64,000 nt of DNA. Origin: Candidatus Omnitrophota bacterium. GTDB taxonomy: Bacteria; Omnitrophota; Gorgyraeia; Gygaellales; Profunditerraquicolaceae. Positions 9,795 through 18,554 of the stretch are shown piece after piece (the stretch's first letter is position 1; every line of letters starts with the position of its first letter). Location: NCBI GenBank assembly GCA_016867115.1, contig VGKG01000003.1, positions 673-64,672 of the forward strand, read 5' to 3'. Under the pieces are notes generated by a model. It worked only from the letters and a program-made list of their open reading frames with translations, made no database searches and was not told the DNA's origin. Made by a program: the position numbers and the translations under genes.

Positions 9795-9811
9795 TACGGA
9801 GGTTCCAGCTG

Positions 9812-10078
9812 ATGCAGTGGGAGAATAATACCGCACAAAGATTTCAGACGATGATCGCCAAGATCCCGGTTTTTCACCGCCACATCACCGAACAGGCAGT
9901 AGTGCGCCGGGCCCAGGAGATCGCCGCAAAGCGTAAGGCCAGCCAGATTGAAGAAGAGGATGTCATCGCCGCCTTCTTTTCGGATGTCCCCTCGCCCTTT
10001 TACAGCATGATGGTCAGGCTATTGGAGCAAAACGGTTTTGACTACAAGAAGTACGGCTTTCCCAGGAATAACAAATAA
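9812..10078 (+). CDS. Small protein resembling the PCP_red (protochlorophyllide reductase C-terminal-like) domain
   Basis: MQWENNTAQRFQTMIAKIPVFHR...RAQEIAAKRKASQIEEEDV matches the W..A...l.kiP.F.R...E..A......I pattern. Confidence 0.55.
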   Translation: MQWENNTAQRFQTMIAKIPVFHRHITEQAVVRRAQEIAAKRKASQIEEEDVIAAFFSDVPSPFYSMMVRLLEQNGFDYKKYGFPRNNK

Positions 10079-10084
10079 TCTACG

Positions 10085-11089
10085 ATGAAGATCGCGGTTA
10101 TCGGAGCAGGCGCAATCGGCGCCTTGGTTGCAGGGTATCTTAAAGCAAAAGATGCGGATGTATCTTTGGTGGCGCGGCCGGATTCTTTAGCCGTAATTAA
10201 GGATCAGGGGCTTGCGGTCTCCGGGGTAAGAGGAGACTTAAAGGTCAAGATCAGCGCTGAGCAGGCCTTAAGTTACCAGCCGGAACTGGTAATTTTAGCT
10301 ACCAAGACCCAGGACCTAGAGAACGCCCTGAAGCAGAATTTAAATTTCCTTAAGGATGCCACAATCTTGACTACACAAAACGGCGTAGCTGCAGACGGCA
10401 TAGTCGCCAGATACCTTCCGGAAGAAAAAATCATTTCTAGTATTGTCATGTTCGGCGCCACGCTCCTTGAGCCGGTAAGGATCGTGCATAATTTTGAGGG
10501 GAGCTGGATCATGGGGAGCGCTTTTGGCCAAAACGACGCCGAAGTCGTCAGGATAAGCGAGGTACTTAACCGCGCCTTTCCGACAATCGTCGCCGAAGAT
10601 ATCCGGGGGATGAAATACCTGAAGATCTTTGTGAACGCCAATAACTGCATCCCGGCGATATTAGGCACCAGCATGCAGGAGGCCTTTAGCAACCCCCGGA
10701 TCAGCCGGATCAGTATCGCTATCTGGAAGGAAGGCCTGGATATCGTAGGCAGATCCGGGATCAGCCTGACCTCTTTGCCGGATTTTCCCCTGGAACGCCT
10801 GACCGCCCTGGCCGCGCTGCCACTGGATGAGGCGGCTAAGATCTTTTCCGGCATCATGAGCAATTTAAGCAAAGAGCCGCTTTATGGCTCTATCCTCCAG
10901 AGCATCAAGAGAGGCAGGACTTCAGAAATAGATTACATTAACGGCGAGTTCAGCCGGCTGGCCGAGACGCAGAATTTAGCAGCGCCTTTAAATAAAAAAT
11001 TAGTGGAGATGGTGCACAGCGTCGAGCAGAATAAGAAGTTTTTCACGCCGGATGAGCTGGTCAGCTCAACCCGCGAGCTGATAAATTAA
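10085..11089 (+). CDS. Ketopantoate reductase (ApbA/PanE) family oxidoreductase
   Basis: GAGAIG, LATKTQD, TQNG, SILQSIKRGRTSEIDYING. Confidence 0.88.
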   Translation: MKIAVIGAGAIGALVAGYLKAKDADVSLVARPDSLAVIKDQGLAVSGVRGDLKVKISAEQALSYQPELVILATKTQDLENALKQNLNFLKDATILTTQNGVAADGIVARYLPEEKIISSIVMFGATLLEPVRIVHNFEGSWIMGSAFGQNDAEVVRISEVLNRAFPTIVAEDIRGMKYLKIFVNANNCIPAILGTSMQEAFSNPRISRISIAIWKEGLDIVGRSGISLTSLPDFPLERLTALAALPLDEAAKIFSGIMSNLSKEPLYGSILQSIKRGRTSEIDYINGEFSRLAETQNLAAPLNKKLVEMVHSVEQNKKFFTPDELVSSTRELIN

Positions 11090-11098
11090 GGAGTAAAG

Positions 11099-11698
11099 AT
11101 GATCAAATCACCTTTTCCCAAGTTAAAATTGACTGTCATGAATGTTTACGGGCCCTGTTATCACGGCTACAAGGTGGGCGATGAACTGATCCTGGATGAT
11201 TTTACCCACGGCCCTAAATATTTTTGTCTGGGCCTGGCGCATGCGCTCTTTCCCGTAGCCTATGCCTTAAGTTTCGGGGCAAAGTTCCCTTTCCGGGACA
11301 ACCAGCGTTCGTTACTGGTCACCTGTCCTGACGGAGGCAAGCTTGAGTTTAAAGCCGAGGTCCTGGATAAGGAGAGGGATGTCGAAAACGTGCCTAAGGA
11401 CCCTGAACACAGGGGCCCGAACCCCAAGAAGATGATCATTGAGGTGGTCAAGGCAAAAGGAAAATGCACCTTCGGCTATAAAGTCGGCGATAAGTGGGAG
11501 ACGCAAGGATTAAAATGCATCCCCGGATTTTGCGGAGCGGCGTTTCACACCGCGTTCCCTGCGCTCTTTGCCCTGAATTTCGGGGCGAAGTTTTTCTTTA
11601 TGCAGGATCCGGATTCTATCGATACAGTCACCTGCCCCGACGGAGGGAATATCATATTTAAGGTAACGCGGGCAAAAGAAGAGGCCAAGGAGAAATAG
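11099..11698 (+). CDS. Tandem-duplicated Cys-rich domain protein (TIGR04076-like x2)
   Basis: Two copies of G.C..GYKVGD...FC..A....FP...AL.FGAKF.F......VTCPDGG. Confidence 0.75.
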   Translation: MIKSPFPKLKLTVMNVYGPCYHGYKVGDELILDDFTHGPKYFCLGLAHALFPVAYALSFGAKFPFRDNQRSLLVTCPDGGKLEFKAEVLDKERDVENVPKDPEHRGPNPKKMIIEVVKAKGKCTFGYKVGDKWETQGLKCIPGFCGAAFHTAFPALFALNFGAKFFFMQDPDSIDTVTCPDGGNIIFKVTRAKEEAKEK

Positions 11699-11701
11699 TC
11701 A

Positions 11702-12964
11702 ATGCAAAAACGTAGAGTAGTGATCACTGGGATAGGCGTAATCTCGCCTAACGGTATCGGCAAGCCCGCCGTCTATCAGGCGATGATCTCCGGTGTGTCC
11801 GGGGTGAAGCGGGTGGACGGTTTTGATGTCTCCATATTTAATACCAAGATTGCTGCCGAGGCGCGCGATTTTGACCCCTTTAAGCTGGGCCTCACCCACG
11901 AAGAAGTGATGCGTATGGACCGCTACGTGCAGTTCGGCGTGGTGGCTGGCGATATGGCCATAAAGGATAGCGGCCTGGATTTTTCAAAAGAAGACCCCGA
12001 GCGCATCGGCGTCTGCCTGGCTAACGCCATCTGCGGCACCAAATACATGGAAGAGGAGTTCGCCCTGGTTACTGACGACGGCAAGAAACCGATCGACCCC
12101 TCAAAGGTGCGGCCTGATCTTTACGATGCGGCGATGTTCAATACGCCCTCAATTGAGATCAGCGCGCGTTACGGTTTTAAGGGTATCTGCGATACTCTCT
12201 CCACGGGTTGCACTGCCGGAACGGATTCTCTGGGGTTTGGCCTTGAGACGATCCAGGACGGCGAGCAAGATGTCATGATCTGCGGCGCTGCCGAAGCGCC
12301 GATCACTCCGATCACTTTTGGCGCCTTTGACGTGGTAAGTGTTCTTTCAGTGCGTAACGATACTCCGGAAGCGGCATCACGACCATTTGATAACCGGCGC
12401 GACGGTTTTGTCCTCTCCGAAGGCGCGGGGATCCTGGTCCTTGAAGAACTGGATCATGCCCTGAAACGCAATGCCCGCATTTATTGCGAGGTCCTCGGCT
12501 TTGGCACCAGCTGCAACGCCTTCCACATGACTGACCTTCCTTCTGACGGAGGGGCGATGGTAAGTTGCATCAGCCTCGGCTTGAAAGACGCAGGGGTTAA
12601 GCCGGATGAGGTCGATTATATCAGCGCCCACGGCTCATCCACCAGGATGAACGACATCTTTGAGACCAATGCCTACAAGACGATCTTCGGCGAGTATGCC
12701 TATAAGCTGCCGATCAGTTCTCTTAAGTCCATGATCGGACATCCCCTGGCCGCGGCTAACGCCGTGGAGATGACTGTCTGTGCGATGATCTTCCAGAAGG
12801 ATATCCTTCCTCCGACGATAAACCAGGAGGAGAAAGACCCTTTATGCGATCTGGATTATATCCCAAACTCAGCCCGGAAACAGAAGGTAAACACAATACT
12901 TAAGACCTCAAGCGGATTTTCGGGGATACATTCCTCACTTATATTAAGGAGATACAATGGGTAA
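11702..12964 (+). CDS. Type II PKS ketosynthase alpha (aromatic polyketide KS)
   Basis: STGCTAG (Cys170), SAHGSSTRMND, KSMIGH; matches actinorhodin-type KS-alpha (STGCTSG) rather than FabF (TACATG). Confidence 0.9.
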   Translation: MQKRRVVITGIGVISPNGIGKPAVYQAMISGVSGVKRVDGFDVSIFNTKIAAEARDFDPFKLGLTHEEVMRMDRYVQFGVVAGDMAIKDSGLDFSKEDPERIGVCLANAICGTKYMEEEFALVTDDGKKPIDPSKVRPDLYDAAMFNTPSIEISARYGFKGICDTLSTGCTAGTDSLGFGLETIQDGEQDVMICGAAEAPITPITFGAFDVVSVLSVRNDTPEAASRPFDNRRDGFVLSEGAGILVLEELDHALKRNARIYCEVLGFGTSCNAFHMTDLPSDGGAMVSCISLGLKDAGVKPDEVDYISAHGSSTRMNDIFETNAYKTIFGEYAYKLPISSLKSMIGHPLAAANAVEMTVCAMIFQKDILPPTINQEEKDPLCDLDYIPNSARKQKVNTILKTSSGFSGIHSSLILRRYNG

Positions 12965-14192
12965 GCAGATCGCAGTCACCGGTATAGGCGTAGTCAGTCC
13001 TTCGGGCATAGGCAAGAGGCAGCTCTGGGCGAATATTAAATCCGGACGCCCTTTTATCAAGGAGATTACTCGTTTCGACGCTTCCAAATACCCCAGTCAC
13101 ATCGCAGGGCAAATAGATGAACTGGAAAAATATAGCAACATTTCAGAGCGGCTGCTCAAAAAGATCGACGCCTTCTCGCACATGGCCCTAATCGCTTCGG
13201 AGCTTGCCCTGCAAGATGCCGGCATTGATATTAAGAAAGAGGACCCGAACCTGGTCGGCATATTTTTAGGCAATGCCTTAGGCGGCTGGCTTTATGCCGA
13301 GACAGAGCTACGCGATATGTATATTGAAGGCCGCGAAGGGGTCTCGCCTTACATGGCCTCTGCCTGGTTTCCGGCTGCGCCACAGGGCCAGGTTTCTATT
13401 TACTACGGGATAAAGGGATTCAGCAAGACCGTAGTCGCAGACAGGGCAAGCTCCCTTATGGCCATCGGATATGCCAGAAAGGTCCTAAGCAAGGATAAAT
13501 TGAACATGATCTTAGCCGGCGGCATGGAAGCTCCGGTCACCCCCTACGCGCTTTTATGCTGCAACACCTATGGCTCTCTTTCTACGGATAATGCTCATCC
13601 ACAAGCCGCTTACCGGCCCTTTGATAAAAAACGTAGCGGCTTTGTCATTGGCGAGGGCGCGGGGATCGTCGTCATGGAAGGATTAGAGCGGGTGAGGGCA
13701 AGAGGGGCAAATATTCAGGCCCTGATCACCGGTTACGGCGCAACCTGCGACGGAATAGACAGGATCAATCCTGCTTCTGACGGGAAAGAATTAGCCCGGG
13801 CAATCCAGATAGCGCTTAGTGATGCGGGCATAGGCCCTGAGGGAATCGATTATATCAGCCTGGACGGTATTGCCGTTGGTCTCTGGGATAGCACCGAAGT
13901 AAAGGCGATCAAGAGTGTCTTCGGCAGCCGCGCTAAAGAGATACCGGTAAGCTGCCCGAAATCCATGTTCGGCAATCTCCTGGGCGCCTCCGGTGCCCTG
14001 GATATGATCATCACTATTTCGGCTATGGAAAACAGCCTTATTCCTCCGACTATCAATTTGGATGAGCCGGCAGAAACCGGCCTGAATTATATAGGTAAGG
14101 AAGCCAGACCCCATAAAATAAATAAAGCCCTGATCATCTCCCGCGGCAGAGGCGGGATCAATTCGGCTTTAGTGGTTGAGAAAGGAGCATAA
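12957..14192 (+). CDS. Type II PKS chain-length factor (KS-beta)
   Basis: Overlaps the KS stop; VSPYMASAWFPAAPQGQVSI, VVADRASS (no Cys), ISRGRGGINSA; catalytic His residues absent. Confidence 0.9.
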   Translation: MGKQIAVTGIGVVSPSGIGKRQLWANIKSGRPFIKEITRFDASKYPSHIAGQIDELEKYSNISERLLKKIDAFSHMALIASELALQDAGIDIKKEDPNLVGIFLGNALGGWLYAETELRDMYIEGREGVSPYMASAWFPAAPQGQVSIYYGIKGFSKTVVADRASSLMAIGYARKVLSKDKLNMILAGGMEAPVTPYALLCCNTYGSLSTDNAHPQAAYRPFDKKRSGFVIGEGAGIVVMEGLERVRARGANIQALITGYGATCDGIDRINPASDGKELARAIQIALSDAGIGPEGIDYISLDGIAVGLWDSTEVKAIKSVFGSRAKEIPVSCPKSMFGNLLGASGALDMIITISAMENSLIPPTINLDEPAETGLNYIGKEARPHKINKALIISRGRGGINSALVVEKGA

Positions 14193-14194
14193 GA

Positions 14195-15655
14195 ATGAAG
14201 ATTTTATTCGTCATGCCTAAAGTAGGCGCCTGGGCAACGCACGGAATCCACCGTTCACCGAACCAGTTGTATGCGCACTGGGCAGCTTATGCGCGCGAAA
14301 AAGGTTATACGGACGTCTCGGTCATCGACGGAAGGGCGCTTGAGATCCCCATGGACCAGTTGATCGAACAGGTCAAAGCCAAGAATCCGGATATCGTGGT
14401 CATGGGCGAGCAGATCCATGGTTACGGCGGCTACGGGGTCTTACGCCATTTCCGGGACGCGGCTATCGGGATCAAAAAAGTATTACCTAGAACAAAGATA
14501 ATCCTGGGCGGGCTATGGTATTCGGCGATGCCTGTGCCGACCCTGGAAGAGATCCCCGCGGTGGATTTTGTGGTCATGGGCGAAGAAGAGTCTTTCGGCG
14601 ACCTGATCGAGGCGATAGATAAGAATAAGCCTCTTAAAGATGTGGGTGGAGTCACCTCGCGCATCGACGGCTCAATCGTCATGGGGCCGCATAAGCCGCT
14701 GATGACTGACCTGGATAAACTGCCTTTACCGGCATACGACTTATTCCCCATGGATAAGTATGTGGGGCACACCTACTGGAAGCCCTTTGTAGATATGATC
14801 ACCTCGCGCGGCTGCCCTTCTGCCTGCACCTTCTGCTATGAATGGGACCAGTTTGACCCGCGCTCGCCGTCAGACTTCCTGAAATGGCGCGCAAAATCAC
14901 CGGAGAGGGTCATCGAAGAGCTGGAAGTGCTGCATAAGAAATACGGGGTAAAGGTCGTGGTGATCCAGGACGATAATTTTAACGTTGATCCTGCTAGGGT
15001 GAAGAGGTTCTGTGAGCTGAAGAAGCAGAAGAACATCCCGACTAAATGGGTCTCCTTAGGCAGGGCAGTGGACTGGGTGAATTGCGAGTCGATCCTGCCC
15101 CTAATGAAAGAAACGGGCTTGTTTATGGGAGTATTCGGGATAGAAGTCACCACACAGGATGAGCTGAAGAGGATTGCTAAAGGAACCACCATCGAGCAGA
15201 TCAAGAAGACTATCGAGATCCTGCGCCGTAACGATATCGCTATTGTCGCCGATATCATGATCGGGTTTGACTACGATACCGAGGCGATCATCAAGCAGCG
15301 CTTTGAGTTTGCTGATGCTGTGGACCCGGACGTCTTGTGGATCGGCTATGTGACTCCGGCACCCAACTCGCCGATGTGGCGCATTTCGCTAAAGAAAAAC
15401 TGGATCGATCCCAAGAAGGTGGACTTCAGCACCTGGGATTTCCTGCATCCGGTGATCCCCACGGATCATCTCACTACCGAGGAGCTGGGAAGGCTTGGCG
15501 CCTGGTGCATGCGCGAGTTCTTCTCAAAGCCGGGAAGGATCAACCGGATCATGGAGAGCAATTTTGACCCCCTGGCCAAGCTCTGTTTTCAGGATGTCAT
15601 GGCCGGAGTAGGCAAGTGGGAAGCAGCCGCCACCAAAGGCGAAGTACAGATCTAG
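14195..15655 (+). CDS. B12-binding radical SAM enzyme (class B methyltransferase/BchE-like architecture)
   Basis: N-terminal B12-binding fold (IILGG, DFVVMGEEE); TSRGCPSACTFC CxxxCxxC; DDNF. Confidence 0.9.
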   Translation: MKILFVMPKVGAWATHGIHRSPNQLYAHWAAYAREKGYTDVSVIDGRALEIPMDQLIEQVKAKNPDIVVMGEQIHGYGGYGVLRHFRDAAIGIKKVLPRTKIILGGLWYSAMPVPTLEEIPAVDFVVMGEEESFGDLIEAIDKNKPLKDVGGVTSRIDGSIVMGPHKPLMTDLDKLPLPAYDLFPMDKYVGHTYWKPFVDMITSRGCPSACTFCYEWDQFDPRSPSDFLKWRAKSPERVIEELEVLHKKYGVKVVVIQDDNFNVDPARVKRFCELKKQKNIPTKWVSLGRAVDWVNCESILPLMKETGLFMGVFGIEVTTQDELKRIAKGTTIEQIKKTIEILRRNDIAIVADIMIGFDYDTEAIIKQRFEFADAVDPDVLWIGYVTPAPNSPMWRISLKKNWIDPKKVDFSTWDFLHPVIPTDHLTTEELGRLGAWCMREFFSKPGRINRIMESNFDPLAKLCFQDVMAGVGKWEAAATKGEVQI

Positions 15656-15659
15656 ACCG

Positions 15660-15729
15660 GTCACGGGACAGATCCCGCCAGACCTATTACTTGCGCTGCT
15701 AAGGGACCTGTCCCGACCGCGAGGAGGTA
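15660..15729 (+). repeat. 70-bp direct repeat copy 1 (hairpin + GAGGAGG SD) upstream of ACP
   Basis: 63/70 identical to 15973-16042; CGGGACAGATCCC...GGGACCTGTCCCG stem. Confidence 0.9.
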
Positions 15730-15732
15730 AAG

Positions 15733-15957
15733 ATGAAAGAGAGGATCAGAGAAGTCTTAAGTAATCTCTTGAAAGTAAAACCCGAAGAGCTTAAGGACGA
15801 TGTTTCTTTACAGGATTCTATCGGCGTAGACTCGACCGAAATGGTTGAGACAGTGATTGCGCTGGAGAAGGCCTTCGGGAAGAAGTTAAGCACCAAGGAG
15901 ATCACCAAGTTCTCTTCGATAAGCGATATCGAAAAAGTAATTCAATCTAAAGCTTAG
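15733..15957 (+). CDS. Acyl carrier protein
   Basis: 74 aa; IGVDSTEMVE phosphopantetheine attachment motif. Confidence 0.92.
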   Translation: MKERIREVLSNLLKVKPEELKDDVSLQDSIGVDSTEMVETVIALEKAFGKKLSTKEITKFSSISDIEKVIQSKA

Positions 15958-15972
15958 GACCATATGAGACAT

Positions 15973-16042
15973 GTCGCGGGACAGATCCCGCCAGAGTTAA
16001 TACCTGCGGTACTAAGGGACCTGTCCCGACCGCGAGGAGGTA
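15973..16042 (+). repeat. 70-bp direct repeat copy 2 (hairpin + SD) upstream of the cyclase
   Basis: Same element as 15660-15729. Confidence 0.9.
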
Positions 16043-16046
16043 CTCA

Positions 16047-16880
16047 TTGAAGATAATCGACTTAAGCCTGCCAATCGACGACAAGGCCTTTGAGGTCCAC
16101 CGTGTGGATATTGAGCGGGTCTCACATTCGGCGGGAGTAGAAAAGTTCAATCGGGTAATCATGGGCAAGACCCTGAAGGGCAGGCTTCAGTATCTTTTAG
16201 GTAAGCGCATCCTGAAGAAAGAAGACCTTCCGGATGAGGAGTTCCTTTCTCTCGAAGTAATCCATTCTCCGGTGCACATCGGCACACACCTGGATTATTC
16301 TTTCCACTACGGCTCAAAGTCAGAGGGCCGCCCCGCCAAGACCGCGGAGGAGATCCCGCTTGAGTGGTGTTATGCTGACGGCGTGAAACTGGACCTGACG
16401 CATAAGAAGCCAAACGAAGTGGTCAAAGCCCCGGACCTGGAGCAGGCCTTAAAAATGATCAATTATACGCTTAAGCATAATGACATTGTGCTCCTGCATA
16501 CAGGTGCGGATAAACTCTTTGGTTCTGCGAGATACTTCTCTGAATACCCCGGAATAGACATTTCCGCGATAGATTATCTCTTAGACCGCGGGGTCAAGAT
16601 TTTCGGCGTGGACACCATGGGCATTGACCGGCCTTACAAGTTCATGCTTAAGGAGTTCCTGGAGGAGAAAAAGCCGCTTTATCCGGCGCACTTTTACGGA
16701 AGGAAGAGAGAGTTTATCCATATCGAGCGCCTAAGCAATCTGGATAAGCTGCCGGCAGCCGGCTTTAAAGTCATCTGTTTTCCGGTGAAGATAAAATATA
16801 CCGGCGCTGCCTGGTCCAGGGTAGTGGCAGTACTAAGCGAGATAAGCCCTGAACGCGAAATGAGCCAAAAGGAGGTTTGA
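16047..16880 (+). CDS. Cyclase family protein (kynurenine formamidase-like; polyketide second-ring cyclase type), TTG start
   Basis: IIDLSLPI, HIGTHLD (HxGTHxD), FGVDTMGID, HIERLSNL. Confidence 0.85.
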   Translation: MKIIDLSLPIDDKAFEVHRVDIERVSHSAGVEKFNRVIMGKTLKGRLQYLLGKRILKKEDLPDEEFLSLEVIHSPVHIGTHLDYSFHYGSKSEGRPAKTAEEIPLEWCYADGVKLDLTHKKPNEVVKAPDLEQALKMINYTLKHNDIVLLHTGADKLFGSARYFSEYPGIDISAIDYLLDRGVKIFGVDTMGIDRPYKFMLKEFLEEKKPLYPAHFYGRKREFIHIERLSNLDKLPAAGFKVICFPVKIKYTGAAWSRVVAVLSEISPEREMSQKEV

Positions 16881-16881
16881 G

Positions 16882-17421
16882 ATGGGACATACCTGCAATT
16901 CTATTATCATCAACGCCCCTTACGACTTAGTCTTTGATATCTCAAATGACATCCCGCGCTGGACAGAATTATTCGGCACAGAATACAAAAAGGCAGAGGT
17001 ACTGGAGAAAAAAGACAATAAGATCACCTTCCGCCTCACTGATGAGGACGATAAGTCCTGGGTCTCCTGGCGCCTCCTTTTTAAAGACAAATACTTCGCC
17101 TATGCCCAGCGCCATGAACCGTTATTCCCTTTTAAATACATGAAGATTGTTTGGCTCTATACCCCTAAGCCCGAGGGTGTGGCTTTGGCTACTGCGCAGA
17201 AGCGCGTACCGGCCGGTCCGATAAGGCCGGGTGAAGGAGGCCAAACCACGGACCCCTGTCCTGTTGAGATGGCCTGGATCCAGCACTTTGAGATGGATGA
17301 GAAGGCTAAGTTCAATGACCAGCAGATCGAGGGTTTTATTAATGAAGGCTCCCGCCACAACCTGAAGATCTTTAAAGAGATCATCGAGCGGGAAGCAGCT
17401 ACGGCTAAAGTTAAGAGTTAA
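16882..17421 (+). CDS. SRPBCC aromatase/cyclase (TcmN/WhiE-VI-like) with an approx. 28-aa insertion
   Basis: HTCNSIIINAPYDLVFDISNDIPRWTELF.TEY..AEVLE, WVSWR, PFKYM, EMAWIQHF align by eye with TcmN ARO/CYC. Confidence 0.88.
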   Translation: MGHTCNSIIINAPYDLVFDISNDIPRWTELFGTEYKKAEVLEKKDNKITFRLTDEDDKSWVSWRLLFKDKYFAYAQRHEPLFPFKYMKIVWLYTPKPEGVALATAQKRVPAGPIRPGEGGQTTDPCPVEMAWIQHFEMDEKAKFNDQQIEGFINEGSRHNLKIFKEIIEREAATAKVKS

Positions 17422-17430
17422 GCGGATCTG

Positions 17431-18552
17431 GTGAAAAAAAGCACATTTCTCATCCTTTGTCTTGAAGGCGCGATCCTCTCCTTCAATGTCGCCGCAGCCG
17501 CTGCCTTAGTTCCTTCGATCGCCAGGGATTTTGCTCTTTCTCAGTTCGTGGTAGGCAAAATGATCTGGCTGTACATGTTTCCGTACGGCATAGCTGCTTT
17601 AATTTATGGTCCCCTGGTAAGGGCGATTGATGCAAAGAAGATAGAACTGGTTTGCATATTTTTCTTTTCTCTATCAAATCTTCTAGCCGCCCTATCCGGA
17701 AACATTTATACTTGTTTCATTGCCCGGTTTTTTATGGGACTTTTTGGCGCTTCAGTCATACCGCTTGGACTAGTATTAATTGCAAATCATATTGAGCAGC
17801 AGAGGCGCGGTAAGTATGTGGGGATTTTTTTTAGTGCAACCTTTGTGGCTTCGCTCTTAGGCTTATTTTTAAGTGGTATCATTTCCTGGCGACTGATTTA
17901 TCTTATCCCTGCAATTGCCGGCCTTTTTCTTACCGGTATCATTTATCTTTATCTGCCCAGTTTCAAAGGAGATGTTACGGGCTTTAAGATAAATTATTTT
18001 GCTGCCCTGGGTGATAAAAGAATGCTTTTTATCTTTGCCTATATATTTGTTATCAGCCTTCTTTATCACGGCATCCAGCAGTGGCTGGGAGTTTATTTCT
18101 CAGACAGGTTCGGCTTTAGCCAGTTTTTGATCAGCGCACTCATTACTCTGACCAGCTTAAGCGGTATTTTCGGAGAGGCCTTTGGCGGAGTGCTGGCAGA
18201 TAGGTTCGGCAGGATACGCACTGCGAATCTAGGCGTTCTTTTGATGGTTATCAGCGCATTGCTTTTGATCTTGAAGCTCCCTTTTGTTCTTCTGGCGCTG
18301 TTAATGATCGTCTGGGGTTTAGGCTGGACCTTTAATCATGCCGGGATATCTACGGTGTTGACAGACCTGCCTCGGGAGTTCTTGAATGAGGCAGCGAGTT
18401 TAAACAGCAGCGTGCGTTTTATTTCAGGCGGCGTGGGTGCTGCGCTCGGCGGAGTGCTGATGCAGAGGGGTTTTAGCGTCGGGTTTGTGGTTTTCGGCGT
18501 GAGCCTGGCCGCATTGTTATTTTTAAGCAAAACATTGGAAAGCGGGAGGTAG
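17431..18552 (+). CDS. MFS transporter (likely product exporter)
   Basis: About 12 TM helices; GVLADRFGR motif. Confidence 0.88.
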   Translation: MKKSTFLILCLEGAILSFNVAAAAALVPSIARDFALSQFVVGKMIWLYMFPYGIAALIYGPLVRAIDAKKIELVCIFFFSLSNLLAALSGNIYTCFIARFFMGLFGASVIPLGLVLIANHIEQQRRGKYVGIFFSATFVASLLGLFLSGIISWRLIYLIPAIAGLFLTGIIYLYLPSFKGDVTGFKINYFAALGDKRMLFIFAYIFVISLLYHGIQQWLGVYFSDRFGFSQFLISALITLTSLSGIFGEAFGGVLADRFGRIRTANLGVLLMVISALLLILKLPFVLLALLMIVWGLGWTFNHAGISTVLTDLPREFLNEAASLNSSVRFISGGVGAALGGVLMQRGFSVGFVVFGVSLAALLFLSKTLESGR

Positions 18553-18554
18553 TC

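Noticed and set aside
11702-14192. KS pair as ordinary FabF duplicates or an aryl-polyene/ladderane cluster
   Set aside because: The second KS lacks Cys/His/His and has CLF motifs; aromatase/cyclases are present and no FabZ-type dehydratase is visible
14195-15655. Photosynthesis (BchE/BchB) interpretation of the B12-radical SAM and PCP_red-like genes
   Set aside because: No other bch/puf genes; the context is polyketide biosynthesis
15660-16042. Direct repeats as a CRISPR array or att sites
   Set aside because: Only two 70-bp units separated by a full ACP gene; no cas or integrase gene
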